The notes beneath the pieces were generated by a model, which saw nothing but the letters and a program-made list of their open reading frames with translations, was not told the DNA's origin and made no database searches. A stretch of 64,000 bases of DNA from NCBI GenBank assembly GCA_038496445.1, contig JALMLS010000479.1, positions 186,001 through 250,000 on the forward strand, given 5' to 3'. This document shows positions 1-13,155 of the stretch, one piece after another. The position numbers and the translations under genes were made by a program. Positions within the stretch are counted from its first letter, which is position 1; the number at the start of each line of letters is the position of its first letter. Origin of the DNA: Trichosphaerium sp. ATCC 40318. Its lineage: Eukaryota; Protista; Tubulinea.

Positions 1-3000
1 AAAATGATAGGTTGAAATCTAATGTGTTGTGCAAATAGCGCAAGCCAGGGCGAGCTACAATATCATCGCCTAAGACCAACAGATTTAGAAAAGAGCGTGC
101 CCCTCTACCTCATCGTCGCGTTTTATCGGAAGTGAACAATGAACGAAGCAAAGAACCCAAAGCAGCGCGTAGAATGGTTTCAGAATTAGCGTTAAGTTCA
201 AGGTCTGAGCAAAGCATAAGACTGGAGCGTCACAAATCAGCTAGAGGTCCATTTCAAAAGCCAACGTACACAACCAGAAAGTGGCTACCTGACACCAAGG
301 CTGAATTTGTAGCTGAAATGCTAGGGAAGAGACAAGATACAGCTCTATCCGAACTGTCTTTAGTACCTTGCATGCTACCAAAGGTAGAGCATCCAGCATT
401 GAAAGCTGAGCTCTGGGAGAAATTTCCTGAATCGCTAGAACTTACGCGACTCTATGTGTATGGCCTACTTTTTTCTGGTATGAAGAGGCGCTTACCACTT
501 TCTTGATAGGTTCCGATTTGTGCCTACAGGATTGTTCAGTAGACTGATGATACGTGTTTTGAACTTGTACAGAGATGATGAGCATGGCATCACGTTGTAT
601 TGGCGTGATGGTATCTTTCTTGCTACAGGTAATTCACATACATTCACAGATTTTTACTGGCTAGCCAATAGCTCATTATTTGTCTAGCTGTTAACGGCAC
701 TGTTATTAAAATCATGATACGTCTCGGAGAAAGAGGTTCGCTACTTTATCTAATCACAGTTGTGTTGACACAGTCGTATTACTTTTTAGATCTGAACGTG
801 GTGGTAAGGGGCGACTATTTCAAGGATTTATCTCCGCTGTTTTCGGGTCTGGTGGAGGCAATTGAATGCCTTCTAGACGAGTGGCCTAACATAGATGTTT
901 ACCGCTTAGTAAAGTGCACGTCTTGCAGGAGCAAGCAAATTGTACGGTCCACTAGCGCATATCTTCAAAACCGCTGACGCAACGATTAGGAACCTGCTAA
1001 GACATTTACCCTTGATGAACTGAACGAGATTTCTAGATTGGGCAAAGTAGTCGTATCATGCAATATATGCAAATGCGACAGTGTACAACTACAACAACTC
1101 ACACCTGATCAACAGCTTGTATTCCTGCGTGTACGCATGATGACAATGCAGTCTAGTACAAACAAGTCTAACTCTGGTGCTAGGGAAACAAAATAGAATT
1201 CTCAGACATTACAATCGAAAAGAAGATTGGCAGAGGTGGTTTCGCTACAGTCTACAAAGGTATGATCCCTTTTCAGGTTCTGTGGTGTTTGAGCTTGATG
1301 CTTCATGCATTTACCTTACTCATGCAACACCAGGTATATACAACAGAGAGCCTGTTGCTGTGAAGGAATTGGAGGTATCCAAAAACGAGGGTCCTCAGCA
1401 CAAGTTGAAAATGGATAAAGTCTTTAACGAATTTCGAAAGGAGGTGTTGGTCATGAGGTGAGTCAGACTTTGTATATCGCGTGTGTGCTAATGCTTCGTT
1501 TCTCCCATTTGCAGTGGCCTACAACATCCAAATTGCGTAAAGTTGATAGGCGTCTGCACTGACCCGTACTGTATTATAACTGAACTCATACCTCACGGCA
1601 ACCTATTCGAGTTTGTACATAACAAAGACAACGTGATTGATTGGGACTTTACAATTAAAATATGCTTGGACATTGCGAACGGCATGAAGTAAGAACCCCG
1701 CACCTGCCTCCTCGATATTTGTGTTGGTACTAACAGCAGACACAGGTTTTTGCACAACGCATCACCGCCAATCATACACAACGACTTGAAGAGTCCAAAC
1801 ATTTTAATGAGTTCGCTGGACAAGAATGCTCCCGTCTGCTGCAAAATCACAGATTTCGGGCTATCGATGCAAGGTTTGCCGACCATGTATAGACGCTTCG
1901 TTGACTGTCCCGTCTGGCTTGCACCTGAAGTCATGAAAGCCAATGCATACAATGAACGTGTAGATATATACAGCTTTGCTGTGATCATGTACGAGGTATT
2001 TGGTAGGTGCAAGTTCTTCGATGACATCAAATTCTTGTATGAACTCGAGCAAAAGGTAACCCATTTTGTGCAGTACCCCTTCACTAAAGAAACTCACCAA
2101 ATAGGTAATTAATGGAGAGAGGCCAGCAATGCCCATTAAAGGATTTCCAGAGTTCGGCATTCTTGTGCGTGACAAGTTTTACTAAAACTTCTTAATCTCC
2201 TAACTCGCAATTGCCAGGTACAACGATGCTGGGATGACGCGCCACATGAACGACCAACTTTTACAGAAATATATGACGGGTTGGACATGTTGAACAAGGA
2301 ACTCAAACGCCGACAAAATCTTGCACGTGCAATTGCTGTGCGACAATTTTTGTTTGAACAAGAGGCCCTCTATAATCCAAGCTGTACGCTGTGACGCTCA
2401 CATAACGTTTATTAATGTTGCCTTTCTAGTAAACTACAAGGAGTTCGATAGGCAGGCTAACCAATTGAAGTTGCTGTTACCCACTGAGTTTGTACGTCTC
2501 ACTGGTTTGTATGTATTACACTTTGGCTCACTTGCAACTTTTCAGAGTACAGAGCAACAATCGTTGTATGAGAAGGTTATAGCAGATAATGCGCACAAGC
2601 TGTCGTCAAGACAAATTGCAGATTTGCTCGATATCAGCATAGATGCACTGCTAGATGACGAATTAGACATCCTTCCGGTACACAAAACTGTTTACTACCA
2701 GTACCTAACTGCTATTTGTTGTAGATGCTTAAGGAAGGCATGGAGGCCGTGCACGATCTACGGTTGAACGGTTACACCTGTGAGAACCAAAGAGATTTAT
2801 CAGTCTCTACAAATACGATTGTGATAACAGCACTGTCGATACCAGACAGCATATCTCAAAATAAATCCGAGCCAGGCAGTTTTGGAGAAAAGCTAAAGTT
2901 GCCAATTGCAACGCCTCAGGTATGTATCCAGCCATCCATTCGAAAAGAGACATCTCCGTTTACTAACATGTATGTACTAGACGCAGTTTGTTACAGCAGC

Positions 3001-3808
3001 CCCACCTGCTAGTCCTCGAGAGCACACCCCGTTGATTGGCAAGCGTGTCGTAGACACTGGAACTAATACAAAAATGAATGAGCAGCGTACATCACCCTTC
3101 ACTGTGCTGCCAAGGCATCCTGTTGAACCAGCGCCAGTCACAGCTCCAGAAGAAAGAGCCGGCACTCAAAGAGAATCCACAGAGTTACTTCGCATTTTTA
3201 ATGACATGACGGAGATGGAGACAATACTCGAAGGCACCCCTCTTTATTGCACTATTAATAATACTGACAGCTTGAGCAGGTGGGTCAGAGTTCATCGCAA
3301 AGGAAGAGGCACAGATTCTCGCTGAAAACATTGCCCACTATAATGCCGAGTTAGTACAACTCATTTGGGCTGTGCATACGCGGTACAAGCAGAAAGGACG
3401 CCTCATAGAGGCTGATGAACATTACCTGTTCAGCCAGGGCGTCAAGAGCATTGTCACCAAACTGAAAAGTCTACGTACTGGTATTGCCACGCTGAAGAGC
3501 ATAGATTCCTGCAATGCCAAGCATAATGACTTGCAAGCCGTTGTATTTGATGTCTGCGAGGATGTAACGCGGATAATATTGCTTTACCTAAAGGGCGTCA
3601 AAGAAGTAGTATTGAAGTACGTCAAACACGACTTGTAGCCTGTGCGCTTCAGCTCACTAATTTTTTGTACAGTCCAGCAATACCCTACATGGATGCTGAT
3701 TTGACAGTGCGTGAATTGGCAGTGGAACTAAGGCGGCTAAAGCGACTGATTAATGCGCTGGCCTTCGAGTCATCCACAAAGGCTTTTTTTACAATTGGTC
3801 CCTCTTAG
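1..3808 (+). CDS. Roco-family (COR + TKL kinase) protein, 5'-truncated by the window, multi-exon
   Basis: Spliced translation gives COR-like FRFVPTGLFSRLMIR...YWRDG and a CxxC...CxxC segment. Kinase motifs follow: IGRGGFATVYKG, VAVKEL, EFRKEV, HNDLKSPN, ITDFG, PVWLAPE, DIYSFAV. A long C-terminal extension ends at TAG 3806-3808. Confidence 0.85.
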
Positions 3809-4103
3809 AGGATCCGACACCAACTGGCGTAAGAACGTTAATATAAGCCAATTCGGCTTATTTGTATGATATTGTAACACCCCTGTAATGTACTATACTA
3901 ATTAAAATGCATTGTATCACCCACAACCACGACTCCTCAGTTGGGCCAATACCACACAGTATGGGATTACCTGCTTCTGATTCAAAAGTTATTACAAAAA
4001 AAGTCAAACAGTTTTCTAATTCAACTAAACACCACACATCACAAGTAGCGTAGACAGGGTTCTGACAAGCATCAAATAATAACAACTTGACGCTTATAAC
4101 GAC

Positions 4104-5153
4104 ATGGTTGACGTTTACGACGTATACACGTCCTTGGTAGTCAAGCACGGCGGCACAGTACCTAAAACCAATAATGTCGAACCTAAAACGCAATTTGGTC
4201 TGGCAGCCGTAAAAACGGTGCGTACGCGTACAATACATTTGTACTGATGCAAAGGTACAGTTTAAGCATCTCAGAGCAATTAATACATTTTACATGCACA
4301 CAAGAAGCCAATATAGAGGTACTGATGGCTACCTAAACGCTACCACAAAAAGGTACAGTAATCCACGTTGACACGCACACTTTTTCACACTAACCGCTCC
4401 AATAGCGCAGAAGAGCTGCAACGAGACAGAATAGACGCACAAGCGACCACAGCGCTAAACAAAGCTCAGTCGAGCATAGATGACCTCCGAAAAATAGCAC
4501 GTATGGCCGTCACGTCTTGCTCTTTATTTTTCGTGCCAACGTGGTTTTTTTAGACAACGGGACATCGGCACACAGCTCACACCACAATGCCATACTCGAC
4601 TTTTTGAAGCGTTACACCAAAGACACCAAGGCACTTTTTACGGCACAACGCAAACGCCGCGTGGACAATGCCAAGCTGCAGCATCAAGGGTGCCTTTCAA
4701 ATCAAAAATTAATAACCTGTGCACTCATTTGCCTCTTCCTTTAGGTACCATCGCCTCACAAGACGAAAACGAACTGCACAAAGCCTAGTTCCAGAGCCGG
4801 AATATGTATCAGAACCGTCAACGCAGCTGAATCCTGTACAACGACAAGAACTGACTGAAAAGAGTGCTAGTCTGTATCACGAACTAGAAAATCTCGTAGG
4901 TGCAATAAGGGAGGTGACATCCCTAGCAACGGAGGTGGCAGACATGCAAGGTATCATTTCAGAAACAGTTCAAGTGCACGGGGAGGTTATTGAAAGAGTG
5001 GCTACCAATGTCACCAATGCCAATGCAAAAGTGAAGCAAGGCAATAAACAGTTGCAACAAGCCGACAAAAGAGGTTCTGGGCTACGACATTGGATCATTG
5101 GGATTCTATTGTTTTTGTCAGTTCTCCTCTTATTTCTCGACTACTACTCCTGA
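4104..5153 (+). CDS. Syntaxin-18/Ufe1-like Qa-SNARE
   Basis: ATG 4104 (MVDVYDVY...) spliced over short introns. SNARE heptads (IREVTSLATEVADMQ...GNKQLQQA) and a C-terminal TM ending LLFLDYYS, typical of syntaxin-18. Confidence 0.75.
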
Positions 5154-5237
5154 TTTCAAGTGCACCCCACGCAAGCAACGCCAACCTTCTTTACAAATTT
5201 TTTCCGTTTTGTGGAAAACACGTGGCTTTGCTCGTGA

Positions 5238-6677
5238 CTATAAAATGTAAATAAAGTCGCAACTTTTGTATTAGATTTTACCATCCATTTTACCATTAGC
5301 AATCATCACGAAACATGAATTTGTACTCGCACCATTCCCTTTGTGCGCAAGAAAGTTTGACGTGGTTCACGAAATAAGTTTTTATTTTGGATTTCATATT
5401 AGCCGAGGACGTGGTTGCATATCTTTGTTTCTCTATCACAGTATGTACGTGTGGCAGCGGGACATTCGGAGTCATGGCTAATGTCACCTGAAGGTAACAT
5501 TTCTAGAAGGTGAAACTGGTCAGCAACGAACCAATAGCTCTGAATTTAGGTTACCGTCTCCAAGCAATCTAAACGCGAAGTTTTGCTTCTTTTCAAAATC
5601 ATCGCACGTCAAGTCCTTTGTAGTGTAGCTATGTATGGTACCTTGTTATTACCTATGTGTAAAAAATGGATTGATGCGTACGCTAAAGCACATGTGTTAG
5701 CTCAATGACAACACTACACACAGAAACCCTGACGCACTTTTTATGAGACAATACGTGTAAGCATACTCATTCTGTTGAATGTTCTTTGTTGTTACTTTAG
5801 CAATTACTTTTCCTGTCCCTGCTCACGTTTTAGTGACTGTTTTTGGTTGCAGTTGTGGTCACCTGTCGCAGAATCTTCGAGGGATACCTGAATTGTGTCT
5901 GTTTCAACAGCGTCCATACTTTAAAATAGTTAACAAAAACGCCAAGACTGTTAGTACCGCACGTGATGGTATATTTGACATCTTTTCTCCCTAGAAATTG
6001 CAGTTGTTTAACAACAGCACACAGCAATGGTTTTTGTCATGGTGCACGTACAATCAAAAGCCATGTTACACGAGTAACGATTAGTGCCTCTATTCTCACA
6101 CGTGCTTTCTGGTCCCGATTCCGCTGATAATGCGCCATGAACCTCAAATCTGATCATTTTTCCGGTCTAACCGAATGTTATGATGCGAGACAACCTTATA
6201 ACATGTTTGCATGGTATTAACGTACGTATGTATCGTTTATAACGCCATTTGGATGAAATACTAAAGGCACAAGTTACTACAAAACTGGGTAGGCTCCCGC
6301 TTACCTATCCACTTTCGAACGTTTCCACTGGTTACGTCTAGTATGCGTATAACCTCTGCCACGTGGTCAGCATTTAAATATATTTTTTTTAATTTGTCAA
6401 TTGCGCGTGAGGTGACCTGGCTCTGCTTCTTTTAAGAACCACGCTTCAAAGTCAAGCTTTACGACCTCGAACCCAAAGATTGCGCTGATACAGATTGAGG
6501 AGATAAACAGAACAATTTGTGTGGGGCATAATTGCGCATAGCGTAGCGCTCAGTACCCTTTACGCACGTGGTTGTAATAATATCTCCCAAAGCCACACTA
6601 TCCTCCGTAGATTGGGACAAACACGCTGTAAACACTGCAAATAAAACTGCTAGGTAGAAATGTGGGGTCATACTCAT
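5238..6677 (-). CDS. Hypothetical multi-exon protein with N-terminal signal peptide
   Basis: MSMTPHFYLAVLFAVFTACLS signal-like start, then a chain of GT-AG bounded exons (AIFGFEVVKLDFEAWFLKE, EVIRILDVTSGNVRKW, TGKMIRFEVHG). No recognised domain and the 3' end is uncertain. Confidence 0.5.
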
Positions 6678-7060
6678 CTTTGATTTAAACACTGCCTAGA
6701 TACACGTCCGGCTTAACCCATGCCACCTCACTAAAGCACACTATTTAGAAAGTGGGTGCACGTGCATTAGACTAGTCCTAGCATTCCTTAGTCTCGGGTA
6801 GTGTGACGTTAGCAGTACATTGTGGAATGTTGTTCCAATCAATTCACTGAACCAACGCCCTGTGTTACACTAAACTGCACGTTTGAGTTCGCATTATCAA
6901 TAGCGTATCCTATTCATCGTTGAGTACATTTTTCAAATAATATTGATCTGTTCCGAATATGGGTTGAATATGCCTTATCAGGAACAAGTCACAACCACAT
7001 ATAATCAATTCACTTCACGTTACACCAACACTTCAACAAACCTCCTGCCGTACACTACTA

Positions 7061-8109
7061 ATGGCAACACACGACCCCTTTGGCAATACGTTTCGCGGCA
7101 ATACGTACGCACCAGCGACTGAAACAGAGGAGCTAGATGGCGCATGCCGCGAGCTAGACATGATAGAAAACAACACAACTGCATTAAAAACGCTTGTACA
7201 GGATCTAGGTACAAGTGCAGACAACGGTGCTCTGCGTGGTAGGGTTAACGACCTCAGGTACGCTTTTTTGCAATAATAACTCCACCATACGCGTACAAAA
7301 CGGATATTTAATCTAACGAGAGCGCTAGAACAAAAACAATGTTAAAAATAAACCAAGTGCGCCAAGTTCTATCCAAACCTATTGCAACAGCACATGAACA
7401 AAGGAAACACCAAGTGGAATGGCGGTACGCGCCTGATCTTATTCCGCTTTGAATTCGAGTGATGATTTCGCATTTGACCTGTACTGTAGGTTTAAAACAG
7501 CAGTAGACCAGTTCACAGCGACAGCCAAACAAACAGCAGCACGAGAGGAGCGTGTGGTAGGCCACATGCGCGCAAGCCTTGGTGGTACAAAACAAAAGAG
7601 ATACAAACCTGCTCACATGTGGCTCACTTTGTTGTAGATAAGGATTTGCCTGCTTACAAACATGCAGACAATACCATGCAATTCACATTCGCTATGAAAG
7701 AACAAGATGTGACGTACCAAATCATCAAAGAGCGAAACAATGACCTAGCCAATTTGGAAGAAGACATGTTAGTTCTGGTACTGCAACATCCAACTTGGCC
7801 AAGCACCCGCACTCACTCAAACTGTAGATGAGCCTACAACAACAAATTGGGGACGCTACGGTAGAACAAGGAATAAAAATAGACAAGATTGACGAAAACA
7901 CTACGACTGCTGTAATAAACATTGAAGCAGGTATGCAATTAATTGAAAAGCAACTAAACTAACAATGAATAGGCGTAGCGGACCAGAAGAAAGCCAGAGA
8001 ATACGCTTGCAACAGCCGATGGACGTGGTGTATAATTGCCTCCTCCATCGTAGCGGTAATAGCAGTAATTATTGTAATAGTAGTCATCATCATTGTAACA
8101 AAAGATTAA
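7061..8109 (+). CDS. Syntaxin-7/Pep12/Vam3-like endosomal Qa-SNARE
   Basis: Habc-like LGTSADNGALRGRV, SNARE motif IIKERNNDLANLEEDM...VEQGIKIDKIDEN, C-terminal TM CIIASSIVAVIAVIIVIVVIIIV, TAA 8107-8109. Confidence 0.8.
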
Positions 8110-8242
8110 CAAATAAAAACTTAAAAGTGTAAATTATTCTAAAAAAGTACTACAAACGGATTAAAAACAACGTGATTTACTAAACATCAGGAACTAAAGT
8201 ACACAACAGCTGGCCCATATCCCCTGCAAGCCAGTTGAATTA

Positions 8243-10203
8243 TCAACTTTGCATAGCCTGAGAAGAAGGTGTTGTAGGTTGTGCAGCAGGTGCATCTATC
8301 TCCATCTCGTCTTTGCCGTCTGCGTTGGCAGGCGTTGCATTGGCGCTACCCTCTGCAGGTGTTACTGCTGGCGCAGTGCTTTCTGTCTCCATAGCATTTG
8401 GGTCGACAGGTTGTGGTGCGTCCTTCATCTCCTTGTCTTCAACCTTTGTCGCTGCACTTTGTTCGTAGCTCTGGTTGTTTCGAACGTCGTTGCCCATCTC
8501 ATGTTCAGGATCAAGCTCATTCTCTGCTTCCACATGACCGTCCGTTTGCGTGTAATGTTCACGGACATCTGGATCGGCAGCGTCCGCTCTCATACCAGCT
8601 ACATTGGCGTCTGGAGGTCGGGCAAACATACTCACGGAAGGGATGTGCTCCAATTGACGCAAGTTCTCGCTCAAATGTGCCAGGCAACCTTGAAACAAAC
8701 AAGTGAGAAAACAAACAAAGAACACAAACAAAAGAGAAAATAAACACTGCGCGTTGTGGGTTTCACAATAAAAAGTACCTTCGAGGTATTTCTCCGCATT
8801 CTCGTTTTGCATATTAGTTGGAGAGATATGTAATCGGAAATCAGGGCCAAAGTACTCAAGGTAATCATTGTATGGTAACTTATCAGCGAGATCTTGCCCA
8901 AGAAGAAGACTCGTTTCGTACGTCCAACAACGGGCAACATTACGTATAGTATAGCCACCACCGCCCAACACAAGCGTTGGTTTATTGAATGAGCGCACAT
9001 ATTTTATACAATCTAGACAGAGCGCGTTAGTGAGAATTTAAAAAAACATATCAAAAAAAAAAGGGGAATTCTCAGATCGCATTTTTTAACGTTAAAATTA
9101 TAAAATATTTGAATAAGAAAATTGCAACCGAAAAACTTTTTTTTTGTGCGTCAAAGTTTTTTTGCGCCGAAACGCAATCAATACTATAATAGTGAAAGAA
9201 CGTACTTGCGTGGCCTTCTATGGATAGATTAAAGCAACCTAGACGATCACCAGCAAGTGAATCAGCACCGCATTGGATAACAACTGCACTTGGATCGTAA
9301 TGGTTCATAATACGCTCAATTAGAGGCTCAAATATACGTCTAGGTAATACTGCGTTAGCTAAACGTACACAAGAAGGCAAATATAGAAAAGAAAATCGGA
9401 GAAAAAAAAAAAAAAAAAAAAAGAAAAAAAAGGTTTTTTAAATGATTAAAACGTACTGGTACGATTCGTCGTTGATTCCATCGTGTAGAGGGAAGTTAAT
9501 AGAGTAGTTTTTGCCGCTCCCAGAGCCAATATCACGCATGTCGCCGGTACCAGGAAAGTACTCGCCAAACTTGTGAAAAGATACAGTCATTACTCTGTTT
9601 GTAGTATAAAATGCTTCTTCTACGCCGTCTCCGTGGTGGATATCAATATCGATGTAGAGTACTCGATCGTGATACTTTAGAAGCTCGAGAATGGCGAGTA
9701 CAATGTCGTTGACGTAGCAAAACCCGGAAGCTTCAGATTTCTTGGCGTGGTGCAACCCACCCGCCCAGTTGATCGCAACGTCAGACTCTTTGTGGTTGAG
9801 CTTTACTGCGCCAGCGACAGAGCCACCAGCGGAAATTTGACAAAACTCGTACATACCCTCGAAAACTGGACAATCTTCGCCAACGTTGTAGCGTGAGAGG
9901 GTTTTGCCGTCACCTGCGCTATCTTGAGGCGTTACTGTGCGCAAAAATTCGATGTAGTCGTCTGTGTGGAACTTTGTCATGTCCTCCACTGTCGCACGAG
10001 GTGGTCGGTATATCTGCATGAGTTTGTACATGCCATAGTTTAGTAGGAGGTTATGCGTCATTCTAATGCGATGCGGTTTCATCGGGTGACCAGGTCCATA
10101 GTAGAAATTACCAATCTCGCCTATAAGGATAAGTTTTAGTCCACTCCGCACGCTTACCGTCATAAAAGTAGCAAACTTTGCTTTTGCGCGTTACAGTGGT
10201 CAT
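8243..10203 (-). CDS. HDAC1: Class I histone deacetylase (HDAC1/2, Rpd3)
   Basis: [85 protein letters not shown], acidic tail. The first intron is only 37 nt. Confidence 0.97.
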
Positions 10204-10811
10204 TGTGACTATATTTCTCAGCTGTGACGCAAAGACAAGCCTTTTCGGTAGTGTGACAAGGAGAAAATAACGCATAAATCGTCTAAAAAGGTCAAGCGTG
10301 TAAAAATAAGTACAGCGTCTCAAAACTGGTTTTAACAATTAAAAAACGTACCTGTGATACCGTGAGCAATTTTTTTCAAGCACCAGTTGAAGTATTCGAT
10401 TGTTTACGCGAATGTCAAAAAATTTAATTCTTCATATAATTGTTCTTCATTGCCCCAAGTACCTCGCGAAAACCTTTGCGTGCTTATGAGAGTCTGTAGA
10501 GTATTTTTAAAAGATGTAGTCACAACGTCATAACAAATGTCTCCCATCACTCTCCTCGCGTAGTGATAATGGGTTTGAGGAGTATGACGGGAATCAGTGA
10601 TAACTTGCTTCGGTTGTTGTTTGTCGCATTGTGTAGTAGTACAACCAAGCTGAACGTAGGCTTGGGATTACTTGCTTATTATGTTTATTTCCATCGACTT
10701 TAAAACTACTTGAAACTCGATGACTCTTAACCAAACAACGTAGATACACCTCTAGCAGTGAGGTTGGTAACACGTGATACGTAAATCTATTTTTTTTTCG
10801 AACAACCAACA

Positions 10812-11870
10812 TTACTCAGCTCCAGTTTTTTGCAGCTTGTTTTGCTTAAAGTATTGTTGTGTTTCTGCTGACACTCCAGTGCCTACCAATTCTATGTCCA
10901 GGGGTACCTCAAGATCCCAAACACCGTCATCTGTGATCTGCTCGAGTTCGAAGAGATTAATGTACCTCGCTCCACTCAGAGCAGCAACGCCAGTGTCTGT
11001 AATGCGAGTACCTTCAAGCAAAATTTCTTTGACACCCGCGAGAGGAATGATGCCTTTATCTGTAACACTAACGCACCCAGTTAAATCTATTGATTGTACA
11101 CCAGCCAGTGCCTTTAGATTGTCATCTGTAACACCCTTGCACCAACGCATGGTGACATTAACCACCCCAGCAATGGCAGAAAAAGTAGATCCTGTTAACG
11201 TTTCGTTGAGGCTAATATCAAGGGAATGTACTCCACTCAGTGCAGAAATCCCTTGATCTGTTATATTAGGGCACTGCGCAATACTAACAGTATGTGCGCC
11301 CGCCAAGGCTGCTACACCTGCATCTGTGATCCTCTTGCAATAAGAAATGTCTATGGTATGGACACCTGCCAGAGCTTTGACACTTTCATCCGATATGTTG
11401 TAGCATCGTCCCAAATTAATGGAATGGACACCAGCCAAAGCCGTCACACCATCATCTGTGATATTCAAGCACTCCAGAAGCTCTATTGTGTGGACACCTG
11501 CCAGAGCTCTAACAGATTTGTCGCAGACATTCCTATCTTGTCCTAGGTTCACAAATTGTGCACCTGCCAACTTGGAGATGGCAGACAGTCCCAAGCCAAT
11601 AGCTACAACAAGTTGGGAATGTTTTAATACACCCAAAAAAGAGGTAACGCGCTCTGCGTCATGTTCAGAACGTATAATTACGCAATGGTAGCCAATAAAG
11701 TCATGAATGACACTCGCAAATACCTTGCAAGTACTTACAACTGATATACGATCCCTATCCGTTGTGTCCGACAAGATGATGCAAAGAAGCTCAATTGGCA
11801 AATCAAGCAATGTTTGATCCGCTGGAGCGATAACTTTTACCTGTTTCCGCTTACCAGGTGTTTTTTCCAT
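10812..11870 (-). CDS. Intronless F-box + leucine-rich-repeat protein (LRR1)
   Basis: Single 352-aa ORF. F-box-like LLDLPIELLCIILS...STCK, then ~25-aa repeats LAGVHTIxLxxCxxITDxGVxA. Confidence 0.88.
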   Translation of the reverse strand: MEKTPGKRKQVKVIAPADQTLLDLPIELLCIILSDTTDRDRISVVSTCKVFASVIHDFIGYHCVIIRSEHDAERVTSFLGVLKHSQLVVAIGLGLSAISKLAGAQFVNLGQDRNVCDKSVRALAGVHTIELLECLNITDDGVTALAGVHSINLGRCYNISDESVKALAGVHTIDISYCKRITDAGVAALAGAHTVSIAQCPNITDQGISALSGVHSLDISLNETLTGSTFSAIAGVVNVTMRWCKGVTDDNLKALAGVQSIDLTGCVSVTDKGIIPLAGVKEILLEGTRITDTGVAALSGARYINLFELEQITDDGVWDLEVPLDIELVGTGVSAETQQYFKQNKLQKTGAE

Positions 11871-12005
11871 TACACAGGCGCGTGAGAACTAGAAATGGGT
11901 TGTTGGAAATAGTTTGACATGTCTGTTCAGTATTTTCTCCCTCAATAGAAATTGCCCTATATTTTAAGGAACCAAGCTTCAACACCTCGAAAACTGTCTG
12001 CTACA

Positions 12006-12996
12006 ATGTCTTTCTTTGGTTTTGGAAAAAAACCACAGCAACCAAACCCAAAAGGTGCGTATTATGCGATAAAACGTGTAAAAGAGTGTTTTATACCATA
12101 TAATAATAATTGTACAATAGCTGTAATGAGACAGAATCAAAAAAGCGTGCGCAGCTCTCAGCGAGAGCTAGAGGCAGAAATTCGGCGTCTAGACAGAGCA
12201 GAACAAAAAGCAAAGATGGAAATTAAGAAATACGCTAGAGAAGGCCAAACTAAATCAGCTAGGTACCGTGCTACTCCTGAGTAACATTTGAGTTACATAT
12301 GAAGACCCGTTACAAACGGTTCGTACAAAGTTAAGAAACTAATACACAATCCATTAGAATGATGGCCAAGGAGATTGTAAGGATACGTAGTCAAAAGGAG
12401 AAGCTTCTTTCAACAAAAGTACAGCTTGGAGCCATAAACACTCGCGCAACGGTAAACCAAATCCTAAACGACACTCCCAGTTGTACTTACTCTTTATCAA
12501 GGCGATTAACGCTAACCTAACGATGCAAAAATCAATGGCAGTGGCTACGCGCGTAAGCCAAAATTTTATAATTGTTATTCACCTGTTCTTCCTAACGCCT
12601 GTGGTAGGCAATGGCGTCCGCGAATAGTGCCACTAATTTACAACAAATGCAACAAACAATGCAACAATTCCAACAACAGATGGAGTACTCCTCTATGCAG
12701 GAAGAGATGCTGGACGAATTACTTGAAGATTCTGATGAAGAAGGAGAAGCACAAGAAGTTATTGATGCAGTATTCGACGAGATTGGTCTTGATCTAAAGG
12801 AAAAGGCAAGTTGGTTTCCTTCTTTTTTTTTTTTTTTTAATTTTTGTTGTCTCATTCTCTTGAAACGTGCTGATGGTTTTTCTTGTTACAGCTGGTTGAT
12901 GCGCCTACACAAGCACCTGCTCAATCAGTAGCAGATTCTGCAGCAGAGGACGCAGAGTTGGATAGACTCGTGAGGCAATTGGCTGCAGGACAATAA
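12006..12996 (+). CDS. CHMP2: ESCRT-III subunit CHMP2/Vps2-like (Snf7 family)
   Basis: MRQNQKSVRSSQRELEAE...KMEIKK, MAKEIVRIR, MQQFQQQME...EEMLDELL, VIDAVFDEIGLDL. The last intron is GC-AG. Confidence 0.88.
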
Positions 12997-13155
12997 AATA
13001 AGTGTGGTCAATGGAAATACTTACATCTTTCACATGCGCTGGCTTGTAGTTTTAAATAAACAATGTACATTAAACTCTTCAATTGACATAGTAGTTCTAT
13101 AATGTCATCGCGGTTCAGTAGGTCTGTATGACAATAGTTTTACGCAATGGCTCTT

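Noticed and set aside
1593-11691. Long antisense ORFs (1593-2084, 8249-8743, 10774-11256)
   Set aside because: They overlap well-supported genes on the other strand and have no recognisable motifs.
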